In this document: positions 17,260 through 26,919 of the stretch, piece after piece | How the letters are laid out: each line of letters starts with the position of its first letter | Numbering within the stretch: the first letter of the stretch is position 1 | Source: a virus | Lineage: Duplodnaviria; Caudoviricetes | Reading direction: 5' to 3' (one strand) | DNA: 63,207 nt | Virus record (IMG/VR): IMGVR_UViG_3300035670_000203 | Location: 1-63,207 of that record | Translations under genes and position numbers: made by a program | Notes under the pieces: model-generated | What the model was told of the DNA's origin: nothing | Database searches by the model: none | The model's input: only the letters and a program-made list of their open reading frames with translations

Positions 17260-17864
17260 ACTAGATTGCCTGAGATAGAAATTCTATAATCATCACTTGT
17301 CGTGAATGGATAAACACAATGAGATAAGTGTGCTGGGAATAATACTATTCTTCTTTCCCAGTCATGATCAACATATAATGTTTCAAGAGTTAGATTACCC
17401 AGAATGTTTGGATAGAGAAACTGGAATGCTGATGCTGCTTTATTTTTTGATTCTTTTACGTGTGGTGCATTTAATTCATCTTGTACTTTATACGGAACCT
17501 TTAACCAACAAACGAAACTAAATGTTCCTCCGTGATGATGAATTGGATTAAATTCATTTTTCTTCTGAAAATTAACCCAAACATTGCCTTGTTCAAAATG
17601 AAAATCTCCATGCTTTCTTAAAAAATTCCAATGCTCTCCATAAGACTTACACATTTCACTCATGAAAGGTTCAAGATATGGAAGAGATTTTGGAAGTCCG
17701 TATTGCATTTCTATATTTCCTGCGAGACCATCATTCCACTTTTGATGATTGCTCCAATCAGATTGAATTTCTTCAACCTCACTCATAACTATTTCATATA
17801 GTTCGTCTGGAAGAATTCCTGTAGTAACTCCAGGATTTGGTAATGAAATGTGTGTAAAATTCAT
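17256..17864 (-). CDS. putative 2OG-Fe(II) oxygenase
   Basis: WVNFQKKNEFNPIHHH, FSFV.WL, LFPA.L.H.V.PF, RISISGN; start MNFTHI gives ATGA coupling. Confidence 0.85.
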   Translation of the reverse strand: MNFTHISLPNPGVTTGILPDELYEIVMSEVEEIQSDWSNHQKWNDGLAGNIEMQYGLPKSLPYLEPFMSEMCKSYGEHWNFLRKHGDFHFEQGNVWVNFQKKNEFNPIHHHGGTFSFVCWLKVPYKVQDELNAPHVKESKNKAASAFQFLYPNILGNLTLETLYVDHDWERRIVLFPAHLSHCVYPFTTSDDYRISISGNLV

Positions 17865-18652
17865 AGTTTTAATAAATCGTATTTGTTCCACCAGGATTTC
17901 CAATCAATAAAAAAGTCTTTGTCCCATTCTGTTTGCATATGAAGAGTTAAAGAAGGAATGGGGGTAAAACAATAGTAACCTCTTTCATAATAGATTCTAC
18001 AAATACTCTCCATTTCCATTTTTTCACTTACTTCACTAGTTCCCATTTTGTAAAACAAGTCCCAGTTTTGATTAATAATACTTATATGAGTCATCAAAGT
18101 AACTGCTGGATGAATATTAGTTCTCCAATACCTATCTTTTCCCACAACAATATTACATTTAACAGCAGTATTTTCTGGATCGTGATATTCAGCAGGTTTA
18201 TTGAAAGGAAAAATACTAGCAGGCATTCCTAAATTGCAACTAAACTGATTAATTGCATGTATCATTAACTCGATAGAATTTTGTTCATGTAAAAAATCAT
18301 CTTGAACAAAATAAACCCAATCCTTTCCATGCTCTTTTCCATACTTATAACATTGAAGTATGGATGGCATTATTCCATAGGTTTCAAGATGTGTTAGATT
18401 AATCTTGAACTTTGCAATATTAATCATTCGCTGAAGAATATTTAAAAATTCTTGACTTGAATGATCATCAAAAATTTGCAATTCTATTTCATAATCTGGA
18501 TAATTTTTTTGAGCATAATTAAGACTATCAATTAAAGAAAATATACATCTTGAAGATACTTCTATTTTTGGAGCATTACAATATCTTTGATGTCTATCAT
18601 CACGGTTTCCTTTTGAATGAGACTGAAGAACTACTAACAAATGAGGTTTCAT
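17861..18652 (-). CDS. putative GT-A fold glycosyltransferase
   Basis: IFDDHSS and VYFVQDDFLH motifs; C-terminal P.PSL.LH. Confidence 0.65.
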   Translation of the reverse strand: MKPHLLVVLQSHSKGNRDDRHQRYCNAPKIEVSSRCIFSLIDSLNYAQKNYPDYEIELQIFDDHSSQEFLNILQRMINIAKFKINLTHLETYGIMPSILQCYKYGKEHGKDWVYFVQDDFLHEQNSIELMIHAINQFSCNLGMPASIFPFNKPAEYHDPENTAVKCNIVVGKDRYWRTNIHPAVTLMTHISIINQNWDLFYKMGTSEVSEKMEMESICRIYYERGYYCFTPIPSLTLHMQTEWDKDFFIDWKSWWNKYDLLKL

Positions 18653-19431
18653 AAATCAAATTTAGAATAAAGTTTTACATTTTCTTCTCCTATTACATCA
18701 ATAGGATTTTGTGAAATTTTAGATAGTTTTGGACGAATATCGTGAAGACCTTTTAATCCCCAAGCATCATCTTTTTGCTCTCCACAAGCATTTTCTATTT
18801 GATTAAAATTATTACTTTCTGGACTAATTTCTAAAAATTCATAAATCTTATTTAATTCTTCTTGGGGATTAGAAACAAGTTGATTGTATTCAACTAGATA
18901 AACCCATTCTGGATATTTTGTGAGACCATAAACCATAGACTCATAAGAGGGAGAAACATAATATCTCCAAATACATTCTGCTCGATTATTATTTGTAATT
19001 GGAAGATTCTTTTTTCTCAAGTGATTATCAATAAAATTATTTTCGTGATTGGTTCTTTCTATCAGTGAAATATAAGAAGTAATAACTTCTGGAATAGAAC
19101 GATAAGTTGCTACAATTTTTGGTTTATTAGAAAGAAACATCTGAACTGTATCAAGGTTCTTTCCCCAAAATCTATGCTTGTCTAGTATTGTTGATTTTGG
19201 AATATGATTATAAAAATTAGCAAGGACTGCCTTATAGACATTATATGAGATTGTTTTTCGATCAAAAGTAAATTGTATATCTACTTTATTAAATGACTTT
19301 TCAATATCAGTTACTATGTCACCTAGAGGAGAAGTAGGTGAAACATAAATGTCTGAATGTTGATTCAGAAGTGATCCAAGTAATGTAGAACCACTTCTTG
19401 GAAGTCCTCCAAGAAAATATAATGTCTTCAT
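18649..19431 (-). CDS. sulfotransferase family protein
   Basis: GLPRSGSTLL 5'-PAPS-binding loop, DK, R......S 3'-motif, VEYNQLV.NP. Confidence 0.9.
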   Translation of the reverse strand: MKTLYFLGGLPRSGSTLLGSLLNQHSDIYVSPTSPLGDIVTDIEKSFNKVDIQFTFDRKTISYNVYKAVLANFYNHIPKSTILDKHRFWGKNLDTVQMFLSNKPKIVATYRSIPEVITSYISLIERTNHENNFIDNHLRKKNLPITNNNRAECIWRYYVSPSYESMVYGLTKYPEWVYLVEYNQLVSNPQEELNKIYEFLEISPESNNFNQIENACGEQKDDAWGLKGLHDIRPKLSKISQNPIDVIGEENVKLYSKFDL

Positions 19432-19458
19432 AAAATTATTTGATTTGTTTATTATATA

Positions 19459-20637
19459 TTATATTAATAGATCGTTATAATTTACTGCTGCTGTGTGTGA
19501 ATCTCCACAAGATACTTGTCTCCAATTAGTTCTACCAGCGAATGTTGTGATTGGAGTGGATATACTTGTTGGATTATTATTTCCATTTCCTGTAGTAAAT
19601 TCATTACCCCAAATCCAAAGGGTTCCATCAGCCTTGATTGCTGCTGTATGAATACCTCCAGAACTCACTTGTTTCCAGTTGTTTCCCCCAGCAAATGTTG
19701 TGACTGGAGTAGATCTATTGGTTGTATCTGCATTTCCAAGTTGCCCAGAAGATCCAATCCCCCAAGTCCATAAGGTTCCATCAGTTTTGATTGCTGCAAC
19801 ATTATTAGATCCAACATTTACTTGTTTCCAATTAGTTCCCCCAGCGAATGTTGTGATTGGAGTAGATCTAGTTTGATTGCTTGTTTCTGTGTTACCAAGA
19901 TATCCTGCACCACCCGCAAATCCCCAAGTCCATAAGGTTCCATCAGTTTTGATTGCTGCCACATGAAAACCTCCAGAACTCACTTGTTTCCAGTTATTTC
20001 CCCCAGCAAAGGTGGTAACTGGAGTGGATCTATTGGTTGTATCTGCATTTCCAAGATATCCTCCGGCACCCCAAGTCCATAAGGTTCCATCAGTTTTGAT
20101 TGCTGATGTAAAATATTGACCACAAGACACTTGTTTCCAATTAGTTCCTCCAGCAAATGTTGTGACTGGAGTACTTTTAGTAGTAGTTAATACTGAATCC
20201 CCAAGTTTACCATAAGTTGGGGTTCCCCAAATCCAAAGAGTTCCATCAGTCTTGATTGCTGCTGTGTGTTGAACTGCAGCACTTACTTGTTTCCAATCTG
20301 TTCCTCCGGCAAATGTGGTTGCTGGAGTAGACGTATCTACTGATATATTGCCAGTTCCAAGTCTTCCTGAAGAAGATTCCCCCCAAATCCATAAGGTTCC
20401 ATCAGTTTTGATTGCTGCTATATGTTGGGATCCGGAAATTAATTGTTTCCAGTTTATTCCTCCAGAAAAGGTCGTAACTGGAGTTAATTTGTCAGTAAAT
20501 GATGCCTCCCCAAGTCGTCCACTAAATGCTTCTCCCCAAGTCCATAAGTTTCCATCACGAAATAAATCTGCAGGAATAAAAACATCATCAAAACTATAAT
20601 CAACTCCGTTTTGTCTAAAGTTATAAAAGGTGGGCAT
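19459..20637 (-). CDS. RCC1-repeat protein C, single 7-blade propeller
   Basis: 7 copies of TP.TTF.G..(N/D)W.Q with AAIKTDGTLW.WG...LG between them. Confidence 0.9.
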   Translation of the reverse strand: MPTFYNFRQNGVDYSFDDVFIPADLFRDGNLWTWGEAFSGRLGEASFTDKLTPVTTFSGGINWKQLISGSQHIAAIKTDGTLWIWGESSSGRLGTGNISVDTSTPATTFAGGTDWKQVSAAVQHTAAIKTDGTLWIWGTPTYGKLGDSVLTTTKSTPVTTFAGGTNWKQVSCGQYFTSAIKTDGTLWTWGAGGYLGNADTTNRSTPVTTFAGGNNWKQVSSGGFHVAAIKTDGTLWTWGFAGGAGYLGNTETSNQTRSTPITTFAGGTNWKQVNVGSNNVAAIKTDGTLWTWGIGSSGQLGNADTTNRSTPVTTFAGGNNWKQVSSGGIHTAAIKADGTLWIWGNEFTTGNGNNNPTSISTPITTFAGRTNWRQVSCGDSHTAAVNYNDLLI

Positions 20638-20658
20638 CTGGAAAACTTGTAAACGACT

Positions 20659-21012
20659 TTACTCTACAAAAATCACAGGAGTATTCATTTTTTCACTCCA
20701 TTCTTTTAAATATTGTTTAATTTCACTTTTTATTTCTTTATTATTTATTGCGATTGCTTTTAGATATTGACCGTTCTCATTATTCTCCACAGAAACTAAT
20801 ACACTAGACTTATCAGGTCTCATTTCTTCTGGAAGTAAATACTGACTCCAAGCACATTGATAGTTTCTACAACATTCTGGCCTTGCTTTATGAACTCCAC
20901 AACCAGTACATTCTAAAAACTTACAAGACTTTCCTGCGCCAAATTCCCATCCAAAAGAATCTCCAATTAACCAAGTGCAGCAAGCAGTGCATTCTCCACA
21001 TTCACGAAACAT
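20659..21012 (-). CDS. CxxCxxCC (YkgJ-like) Zn/Fe-S cluster protein
   Basis: CGECTACC...CKFL...CGVH..RP..CR.Y.CAW. Confidence 0.75.
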   Translation of the reverse strand: MFRECGECTACCTWLIGDSFGWEFGAGKSCKFLECTGCGVHKARPECCRNYQCAWSQYLLPEEMRPDKSSVLVSVENNENGQYLKAIAINNKEIKSEIKQYLKEWSEKMNTPVIFVE

Positions 21013-21655
21013 AGTCTTCCTCTCTATAAAAATATTTGTAAGGTTCATAATCTTCTGGTTGATATAAGGATTTCATTTTTCCATTTCCAGTACCAATCCA
21101 GAATTCACGATCTAATCTAAAATTACTTTCTAAAAAAGTATTATCTAATTGATTTATATAAGAAGCATTTGCCCACCAAAAATTCCCAACAAAATGTTTT
21201 GTTCCTACCTTTTCCCAAGTTTGAGTTCCATCACTCCAGGTTGTTGGCCCAAGAATCTTAAGATTACTACCAACAGCATCATAATCATTTAGGTATTCCA
21301 CACATTCTTTCCACCGATCAATTACAAAATATTCCATCATCAATCTCCAAGATTCTCCATTCATACTTTGATGAGTCAATCCTTTCATGTGAAAATAAAG
21401 AACCTTGTAATCTAGATTTTCTTTACAAAAATCTCTTAATGAAATTAAAGTTTCTGTTTCTTCTTTCCAATCTTGATTTCTTTTTATGATTGCATTTCTT
21501 GGAACATTGAATAAGTCTTTATCTCCATTTACTCCTAAATGAATATGAGATGCTTGTCTGATTAAACCAGAAGTATATAATCTATGAATTTGTGCTTGAT
21601 ATAAAAAGGCACTTATGCCTAGTTGCGAAACGTGATAAAAAATTGCTAATTTCAT
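21002..21655 (-). CDS. putative glycosyltransferase-like protein
   Basis: LYFHMKG, GNFWWANASYI, R...EFWI motifs; island context. Confidence 0.5.
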   Translation of the reverse strand: MKLAIFYHVSQLGISAFLYQAQIHRLYTSGLIRQASHIHLGVNGDKDLFNVPRNAIIKRNQDWKEETETLISLRDFCKENLDYKVLYFHMKGLTHQSMNGESWRLMMEYFVIDRWKECVEYLNDYDAVGSNLKILGPTTWSDGTQTWEKVGTKHFVGNFWWANASYINQLDNTFLESNFRLDREFWIGTGNGKMKSLYQPEDYEPYKYFYREEDYVS

Positions 21656-22440
21656 GTATTATACACTCCACCATTTTCTCCTCGCATTCCTTTAATCATT
21701 GTAAGACCAAGATTGGGAATGCTGATAATATTTTTTTTATTAATAAATCTATAAAGAGAATGTTCTACGTCAGTTCCAGCAGTATATTGAATCATTCTTT
21801 CCATATACTTAAATGCCTTTTCAAGTGCCTCTACGATCTCATTGAATAACATTCGATCAAAAGACCACAATCCAGTAACCATTGTTCCTTTTGCACCATA
21901 AAGATATGCATATACATTTGCTAGTTCTATCTCATCATAATTTTCAGATTCTTCTGGAAGATATTCATACTTTTTAAGAACATATCTTCCTTCTAAAAAC
22001 TTACTTTCATAATCTTGAATATTAAAATCATCATTTAGTAAATATCTTCCAGTCATTTTAAAGACTCTTTGACTATCACTGAATAGATTATGCTGCTTAA
22101 TTGTATACAGAGCATTTAACAATCCTCTGGTTTCCAACAATGATTTTCCGTATGTAATTAACTCTGGTCTTTTTTCAAGATTTTGGTATATCTGCTGAAG
22201 AACAGGTTCATTATAAAACTCTAGAAATAAATCACACTTTTCTCTTAAAACTTCTTTGTATTTCTCATCTATTGGATGATAAGAACATTCAAACAAAACA
22301 ACGTAAGATTTTGGAACTTTTTCACGAATACATTTAATAGTTTCTAATGTTTGATTAAATCTTTGTTCTTCACCATGAGCACTAAAATTTTCTTCTTGAA
22401 AATGCTTAAGTGCTGATCCAACTAAAAATAAAAATTTCAT
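21652..22440 (-). CDS. putative glycosyltransferase-like protein
   Basis: R..QTLETI..IREKVP, VFKMTGRY.L, DVEH motifs; context. Confidence 0.45.
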   Translation of the reverse strand: MKFLFLVGSALKHFQEENFSAHGEEQRFNQTLETIKCIREKVPKSYVVLFECSYHPIDEKYKEVLREKCDLFLEFYNEPVLQQIYQNLEKRPELITYGKSLLETRGLLNALYTIKQHNLFSDSQRVFKMTGRYLLNDDFNIQDYESKFLEGRYVLKKYEYLPEESENYDEIELANVYAYLYGAKGTMVTGLWSFDRMLFNEIVEALEKAFKYMERMIQYTAGTDVEHSLYRFINKKNIISIPNLGLTMIKGMRGENGGVYNT

Positions 22441-23159
22441 AGTAGTCCCCTCTTCCATGCCCATAGTTGATCCTCTATTTGATTCTCTTCTTTATATGAA
22501 CCTTTTTCAATCTTATCAGTCCACATTTCCAAAAGTCTAATCTTATCATCATCACTGACACAGAATTCATGATTAAACCAATAGTTCATTTTTCCATCTT
22601 GCGGAATTAACTTATAAAAACTTTCAACTTTTAATCCATACTTTGCAATATTACGACTTACAATATAATCATCAAGAATATGTTGAGATTCATATCCAAA
22701 GTTTTTTTCTAGATCCATTGGATTTATTTGATCTATGAATTGCTCTGGATCCTTATGTGGTTTCCATGCGTGTCTAGTCCAATCACTGAAAATACAAACC
22801 CATGTCGTAGCACCGATATTTCTACCATCTCTTCTTACATAATTGTTATGCATAAACCGAAATGGATAGTAATCGTGACGATTAAAGATTACATATTCTT
22901 TCGGAAAAAGTTCTGTAAGATCAGGGCAATTTGGATGAACTAAAGCATCAGCATCTAAAAATATTGTCCAATCATAATTTGCTCCAATTTCATACAATTG
23001 AAACTTTTCCATATTACACGAAAGATGCGGGAACTTTCTTTCGTTGATAATAACAAAATCAGCACCAATCTTTTCAGCATACTTCCTCATATAAGGATAT
23101 GTAAACTTAGTGATTTCTTTGTTATAATTAATGTCCAGTGTAACGAGTGCTTTCTTCAT
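22437..23159 (-). CDS. GT-A fold glycosyltransferase (GT8/GT34-like)
   Basis: M..YA.KIGADF, YDWTIFLDADAL DxD motif. Confidence 0.7.
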   Translation of the reverse strand: MKKALVTLDINYNKEITKFTYPYMRKYAEKIGADFVIINERKFPHLSCNMEKFQLYEIGANYDWTIFLDADALVHPNCPDLTELFPKEYVIFNRHDYYPFRFMHNNYVRRDGRNIGATTWVCIFSDWTRHAWKPHKDPEQFIDQINPMDLEKNFGYESQHILDDYIVSRNIAKYGLKVESFYKLIPQDGKMNYWFNHEFCVSDDDKIRLLEMWTDKIEKGSYKEENQIEDQLWAWKRGLL

Positions 23160-23625
23160 AATCTGTGTTAAAACTAATAACGATTCTTTGTTCTTGTTCT
23201 TCTTCCGTATAATGAATTAAATCACTTGAAAAAATAACTAGCAGTCCAGAGTAAGGTTTGATCCTTCTATCTATATCAGGAAATATTAGGGGAACTGAAT
23301 TATCTCCCACAGAAACATAAAATGCTCCACTTAAAATACTTTGCTCATTCTCATTACTATGATTATGTGCTTTTAATTTATTTCCTGGTTCAACAACATT
23401 AAACCAACTGTTGATAAATTTAAGGTTTTTATCGTAGCACAGATTGATATGTTGTTTTATAATTTTATTCAATCCTTGCAATTCTGGATACATTAAGACT
23501 GGCATTCCAAAATTAAAAGTTGATTTACCTTTTGTAATTAATCCGTGCTCGTTTCCTTGAATTGCAAGTAAAGTCTTTTGAATTGATTTGAGGTTCAAAA
23601 ATGATAAATTATATTCCTCTACCAT
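23128..23625 (-). CDS. putative 2OG-Fe(II) oxygenase
   Basis: SWFNV, HNH, LSGAFYV, IFSS.L.H, RIVISFN. Confidence 0.8.
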   Translation of the reverse strand: MVEEYNLSFLNLKSIQKTLLAIQGNEHGLITKGKSTFNFGMPVLMYPELQGLNKIIKQHINLCYDKNLKFINSWFNVVEPGNKLKAHNHSNENEQSILSGAFYVSVGDNSVPLIFPDIDRRIKPYSGLLVIFSSDLIHYTEEEQEQRIVISFNTDYEESTRYTGH

Positions 23626-24949
23626 TTAAAAACTCCTTGAGTTGTTTTAAAGGTTCTTCCCAGGTTCTTGGTTTCTTTTGCTTGAACAAATGAACATTAT
23701 CTCCATACCACCAAGATTTTCCTGTTGAACTTGTCCATACATAATATTCCATAATCGGAACAAATACACAGACTTCTTTTCCTTGTGATGCTGCGATGTG
23801 AGCAATAGAAGTGCAAGAAGTAATGACTAGATCCATTTGAGATACAATTGAAAATGTATCAGTAAAATCACGACCAGGAATGTTAAAAGTTTTTACATCA
23901 TAACCTTCTGGTGGTAATTGGTCTGGAAGTTGAAGTGAATATAAAGATGCTGAAGTTTCAGAAAGAATATCAAAAAGTGGTTCTGGTTGAATCGAACGGA
24001 AATGTGCCTGCTCAAATCCAGAACCAGAGTTCCAAAATACACCAATCTTATATTTCTGGTCTTCTTGAATATATGAGTATTCAGATTCTTTTTCAGGGAG
24101 TGGGTTTAGATAGGGTGTTTGACCTAGATCTTCTACTTTTAGATTGAGATAATAAGGAAGTGCAAGAGCATAAACCCAGCAAGGATCTCCTGAAAATTCT
24201 GGATTATCCCAAACAAGTTCAGTTTCAAATCCATTATATCTAAAAATCTTTTGAATATCCTTTCGGGTTGTTGTCCAAATTGGATTCATTCCGAGGTCTT
24301 TTAGATGCTTCATAAAACGGACGTGAATTATTTCATCCCCCGCACCACATTGACTGTCTATGATAATACTTCTTTCTTTTTGTGGTGTTCCATCCCATTT
24401 TTCAAATGGTGGAAGTTTTCTATTTTTATATGCTTCTACTTCTCCTGCTTTGAGAAAATGTTGAAGTCCTGTATGAATATCATCTTTTCTGAAATAATGC
24501 CCAGAAAGATTGTGATATGCCTTACGATCAATTTCAGCAGGTAATGGTTTTTTAATCAGATCAAATAAAAGTTTTTCTGCTTTTTGTTTTTGATTAATTG
24601 CAGAATAAGAAAAAGTTTCTTCTAAAAGAAGTTCAGTATCTTGCGGATTTTTTGATTTAATTTTTGAAATTTGAGTTAATGCTTTTTCTGGATAGTTATT
24701 TTGATTATAAGCATTAATTAAATTTTTTGTTGTGATGTAGTTTTCTTCAGGAGTTCTTGTGAGTTTAAGTGCTTTCTCCCCATAATGCATAGCATTTGAG
24801 AAGTCTTTAATCTCAAAGAAAATCTTTGCCACATCATTATATTGCTCAAAAGTCTCTGCTCTTTTGCCGAATGCTTCTAGAACTTGTGTTGTAAGTTCTT
24901 TTTCTTCAAAAGAATATAGTGTTTTTGTGACCAACTCAAGGGGGTTCAT
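23609..24949 (-). CDS. TPR repeat + GT9-like (GT-B) glycosyltransferase
   Basis: N-terminal TPR-like helices; WDG..Q.G.GD.I..RF; KIG..W; SLQ; DLVIT..TS.AH.AA..GK; WY.....F.Q. Confidence 0.8.
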   Translation of the reverse strand: MNPLELVTKTLYSFEEKELTTQVLEAFGKRAETFEQYNDVAKIFFEIKDFSNAMHYGEKALKLTRTPEENYITTKNLINAYNQNNYPEKALTQISKIKSKNPQDTELLLEETFSYSAINQKQKAEKLLFDLIKKPLPAEIDRKAYHNLSGHYFRKDDIHTGLQHFLKAGEVEAYKNRKLPPFEKWDGTPQKERSIIIDSQCGAGDEIIHVRFMKHLKDLGMNPIWTTTRKDIQKIFRYNGFETELVWDNPEFSGDPCWVYALALPYYLNLKVEDLGQTPYLNPLPEKESEYSYIQEDQKYKIGVFWNSGSGFEQAHFRSIQPEPLFDILSETSASLYSLQLPDQLPPEGYDVKTFNIPGRDFTDTFSIVSQMDLVITSCTSIAHIAASQGKEVCVFVPIMEYYVWTSSTGKSWWYGDNVHLFKQKKPRTWEEPLKQLKEFLNGRGI

Positions 24950-24973
24950 AAGAAATATTGAATGTATTTTGAT

Positions 24974-24981
24974 TATTTATT
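24974..24981 (-). promoter_or_regulatory. T4-type late promoter (AATAAATA)
   Basis: NATAAATA box about 25 nt upstream of the TPR-GT start. Confidence 0.6.
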
Positions 24982-26224
24982 AGAAGTCTACAGACTTTAT
25001 TGCTACTGAGTGTCTATTTCCAGCACTTACTTGCTTCCAATTATTTCCTCCAGCAAATGTTGTTACTGGAGTGGATTTGCTAGGTGTTTCATTATTTCCA
25101 AGAGTTCCAGAAAATCCATTACCCCAAGACCAAAGAGATCCATCAGTTTTGATTGCTAATGTAAATCTATTATCAGCACAACTTACTTGTTTCCAATTAT
25201 TACCTCCAGCAAATGTGGTAACTGGAGTGGATGTATTGGTTGTTGATGCATTTCCAAGTTGTCCATTATTTCCATTACCCCAAACCCAAAGAGTTCCATC
25301 AGTTTTTATTGCTGCCATATGAACTTGCCCACAACTTACTTGTTTCCAGTCAGTTCCCCCAGCAAAGGTGGTAATTGGAGTAGATGAATTACCTGATGTG
25401 GGATCTCCATTTCCAAGTTGTCCATTTGTCTTTAATCCCCAAGTCCAAAGAGTTCCATCTGTTTTGATTGCTGCACCAAATAGACTACCTCCACTAATTT
25501 GTTTCCAATTAGTTCCCCCAGCAAAAGTAGTGACTGGAGTAGATCTATCAGTTATATCGGCATTTCCAAGTTGTCCACTACTGCCTCTACCCCAACTCCA
25601 AAGAGTTCCATCTGTTTTGATTGCATATGTACAATATCCACCACAAGAAACTTGTTTCCAGTCAGTTCCTCCAGCAAATGTGGTGATTGGAGTAGATCTA
25701 TTTCCTACTATAAGTAGATTTGCAAGTCTTCCATTACTACTACTTCCCCATAACCATAATGTTCCATCAGTTTTGATTGCTGCTGTATGCTCAGAATTTA
25801 AAGCAAAGGAACAACTAACTTGTTTCCAATTAGTTCCCCCAGCAAATGTGGTAATTGGAGTGGATATAATAGTAAGAACTGATGATAATGTATTTCCAAG
25901 TTGCCCACTAGCAGCAAGTCCCCAAGTCCAAAGAGTTCCATCAGTTTTAATTGCTGCTATTTGATCATCTCCAGCACTTACTTGTTTCCAATCAGTTCCC
26001 CCAGCAAATGTGGTGACTGGAGTGGATCTGTTTGGAGTTATATCGTTAGTTCCGAGGTTCCCATCAGAAGAAAGTCCCCAAACCCATAATTCTGGTGGAA
26101 TACCAATTTGTTGACCGATTTCAGGATAAACGCTCAGTAAATAATCTTTACGGATTAACTTACTTCCTAAGTCAACTCCATTACTATCTTTAAAATTAGT
26201 AGTAATATTTTGATTAGAACTCAT
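24980..26224 (-). CDS. RCC1-repeat protein B, single 7-blade propeller
   Basis: 7 copies of STP(V/I)TTFAGG..WKQ. Confidence 0.9.
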   Translation of the reverse strand: MSSNQNITTNFKDSNGVDLGSKLIRKDYLLSVYPEIGQQIGIPPELWVWGLSSDGNLGTNDITPNRSTPVTTFAGGTDWKQVSAGDDQIAAIKTDGTLWTWGLAASGQLGNTLSSVLTIISTPITTFAGGTNWKQVSCSFALNSEHTAAIKTDGTLWLWGSSSNGRLANLLIVGNRSTPITTFAGGTDWKQVSCGGYCTYAIKTDGTLWSWGRGSSGQLGNADITDRSTPVTTFAGGTNWKQISGGSLFGAAIKTDGTLWTWGLKTNGQLGNGDPTSGNSSTPITTFAGGTDWKQVSCGQVHMAAIKTDGTLWVWGNGNNGQLGNASTTNTSTPVTTFAGGNNWKQVSCADNRFTLAIKTDGSLWSWGNGFSGTLGNNETPSKSTPVTTFAGGNNWKQVSAGNRHSVAIKSVDF

Positions 26225-26225
26225 T

Positions 26226-26897
26226 TTACTCTTCTATTGGTTGTTCTGATAATTGAGGGTTTTCTCTAATAACGACATTATAAACATCATCAATTGTTGT
26301 ACAAGCATCAATCTCTTGTAATTTTGCTAACTCCCAATCAAATGCTTCTTGAACTTTTATATCAATTTGAGTAAGAACATATTGCAATTCTTCTGAAGTA
26401 ATTTGTAACCAAGTATTATCAAATTTAAAATTATGAGGCCCTGGAGATGCAGAAAGTTTTGCAGATAAAAGAATTCTTTCCTCTCTTGAGGTTGAAATTT
26501 TTACTGCATTTCCATTCAAATTTATAGAAATCTTAGTATTTTCTTTTTCTCTTCTGAGTGGAGAAACTTCTTGTTTACGAAGTTCTTTAACTTCTTCTAA
26601 AGTCTTGTCGGATATTGGATAAGTAAATAAAACCTTAATTGGAATATTATTTTCTTCAATGATTGACCAAGTAAAATTACCAACATTATGGTATCTTGGA
26701 TCATGATTTGGAATAACTTTTTCTATTGGTATAAGATGAGTTTGGTCATCACTAAAATGAATTGGAAGATCAGAGTAACTTTGAGGAGAAATTCTTTCTT
26801 CAATCTCAAGATCTTCCAATTCAGAATTAATCATTCTGACATTGAAACCCATAGGGCCAAGTATTAATGAATTATTGTTGATCAGTGCTATTTCCAT
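26226..26897 (-). CDS. DUF4376-like / tail fibre assembly chaperone
   Basis: C-terminal K.LEE.K..RK.E....R...E, then V...FDWE......ID...T.D.V pattern; position between fibre-tip genes. Confidence 0.6.
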   Translation of the reverse strand: MEIALINNNSLILGPMGFNVRMINSELEDLEIEERISPQSYSDLPIHFSDDQTHLIPIEKVIPNHDPRYHNVGNFTWSIIEENNIPIKVLFTYPISDKTLEEVKELRKQEVSPLRREKENTKISINLNGNAVKISTSREERILLSAKLSASPGPHNFKFDNTWLQITSEELQYVLTQIDIKVQEAFDWELAKLQEIDACTTIDDVYNVVIRENPQLSEQPIEE

Positions 26898-26911
26898 TGG
26901 TGTTTTTTATC

Positions 26912-26919
26912 TATTTATG
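26912..26919 (-). promoter_or_regulatory. T4-type late promoter (CATAAATA)
   Basis: NATAAATA overlapping the stop of RCC1-A, about 15 nt upstream of ATG 26897. Confidence 0.55.
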
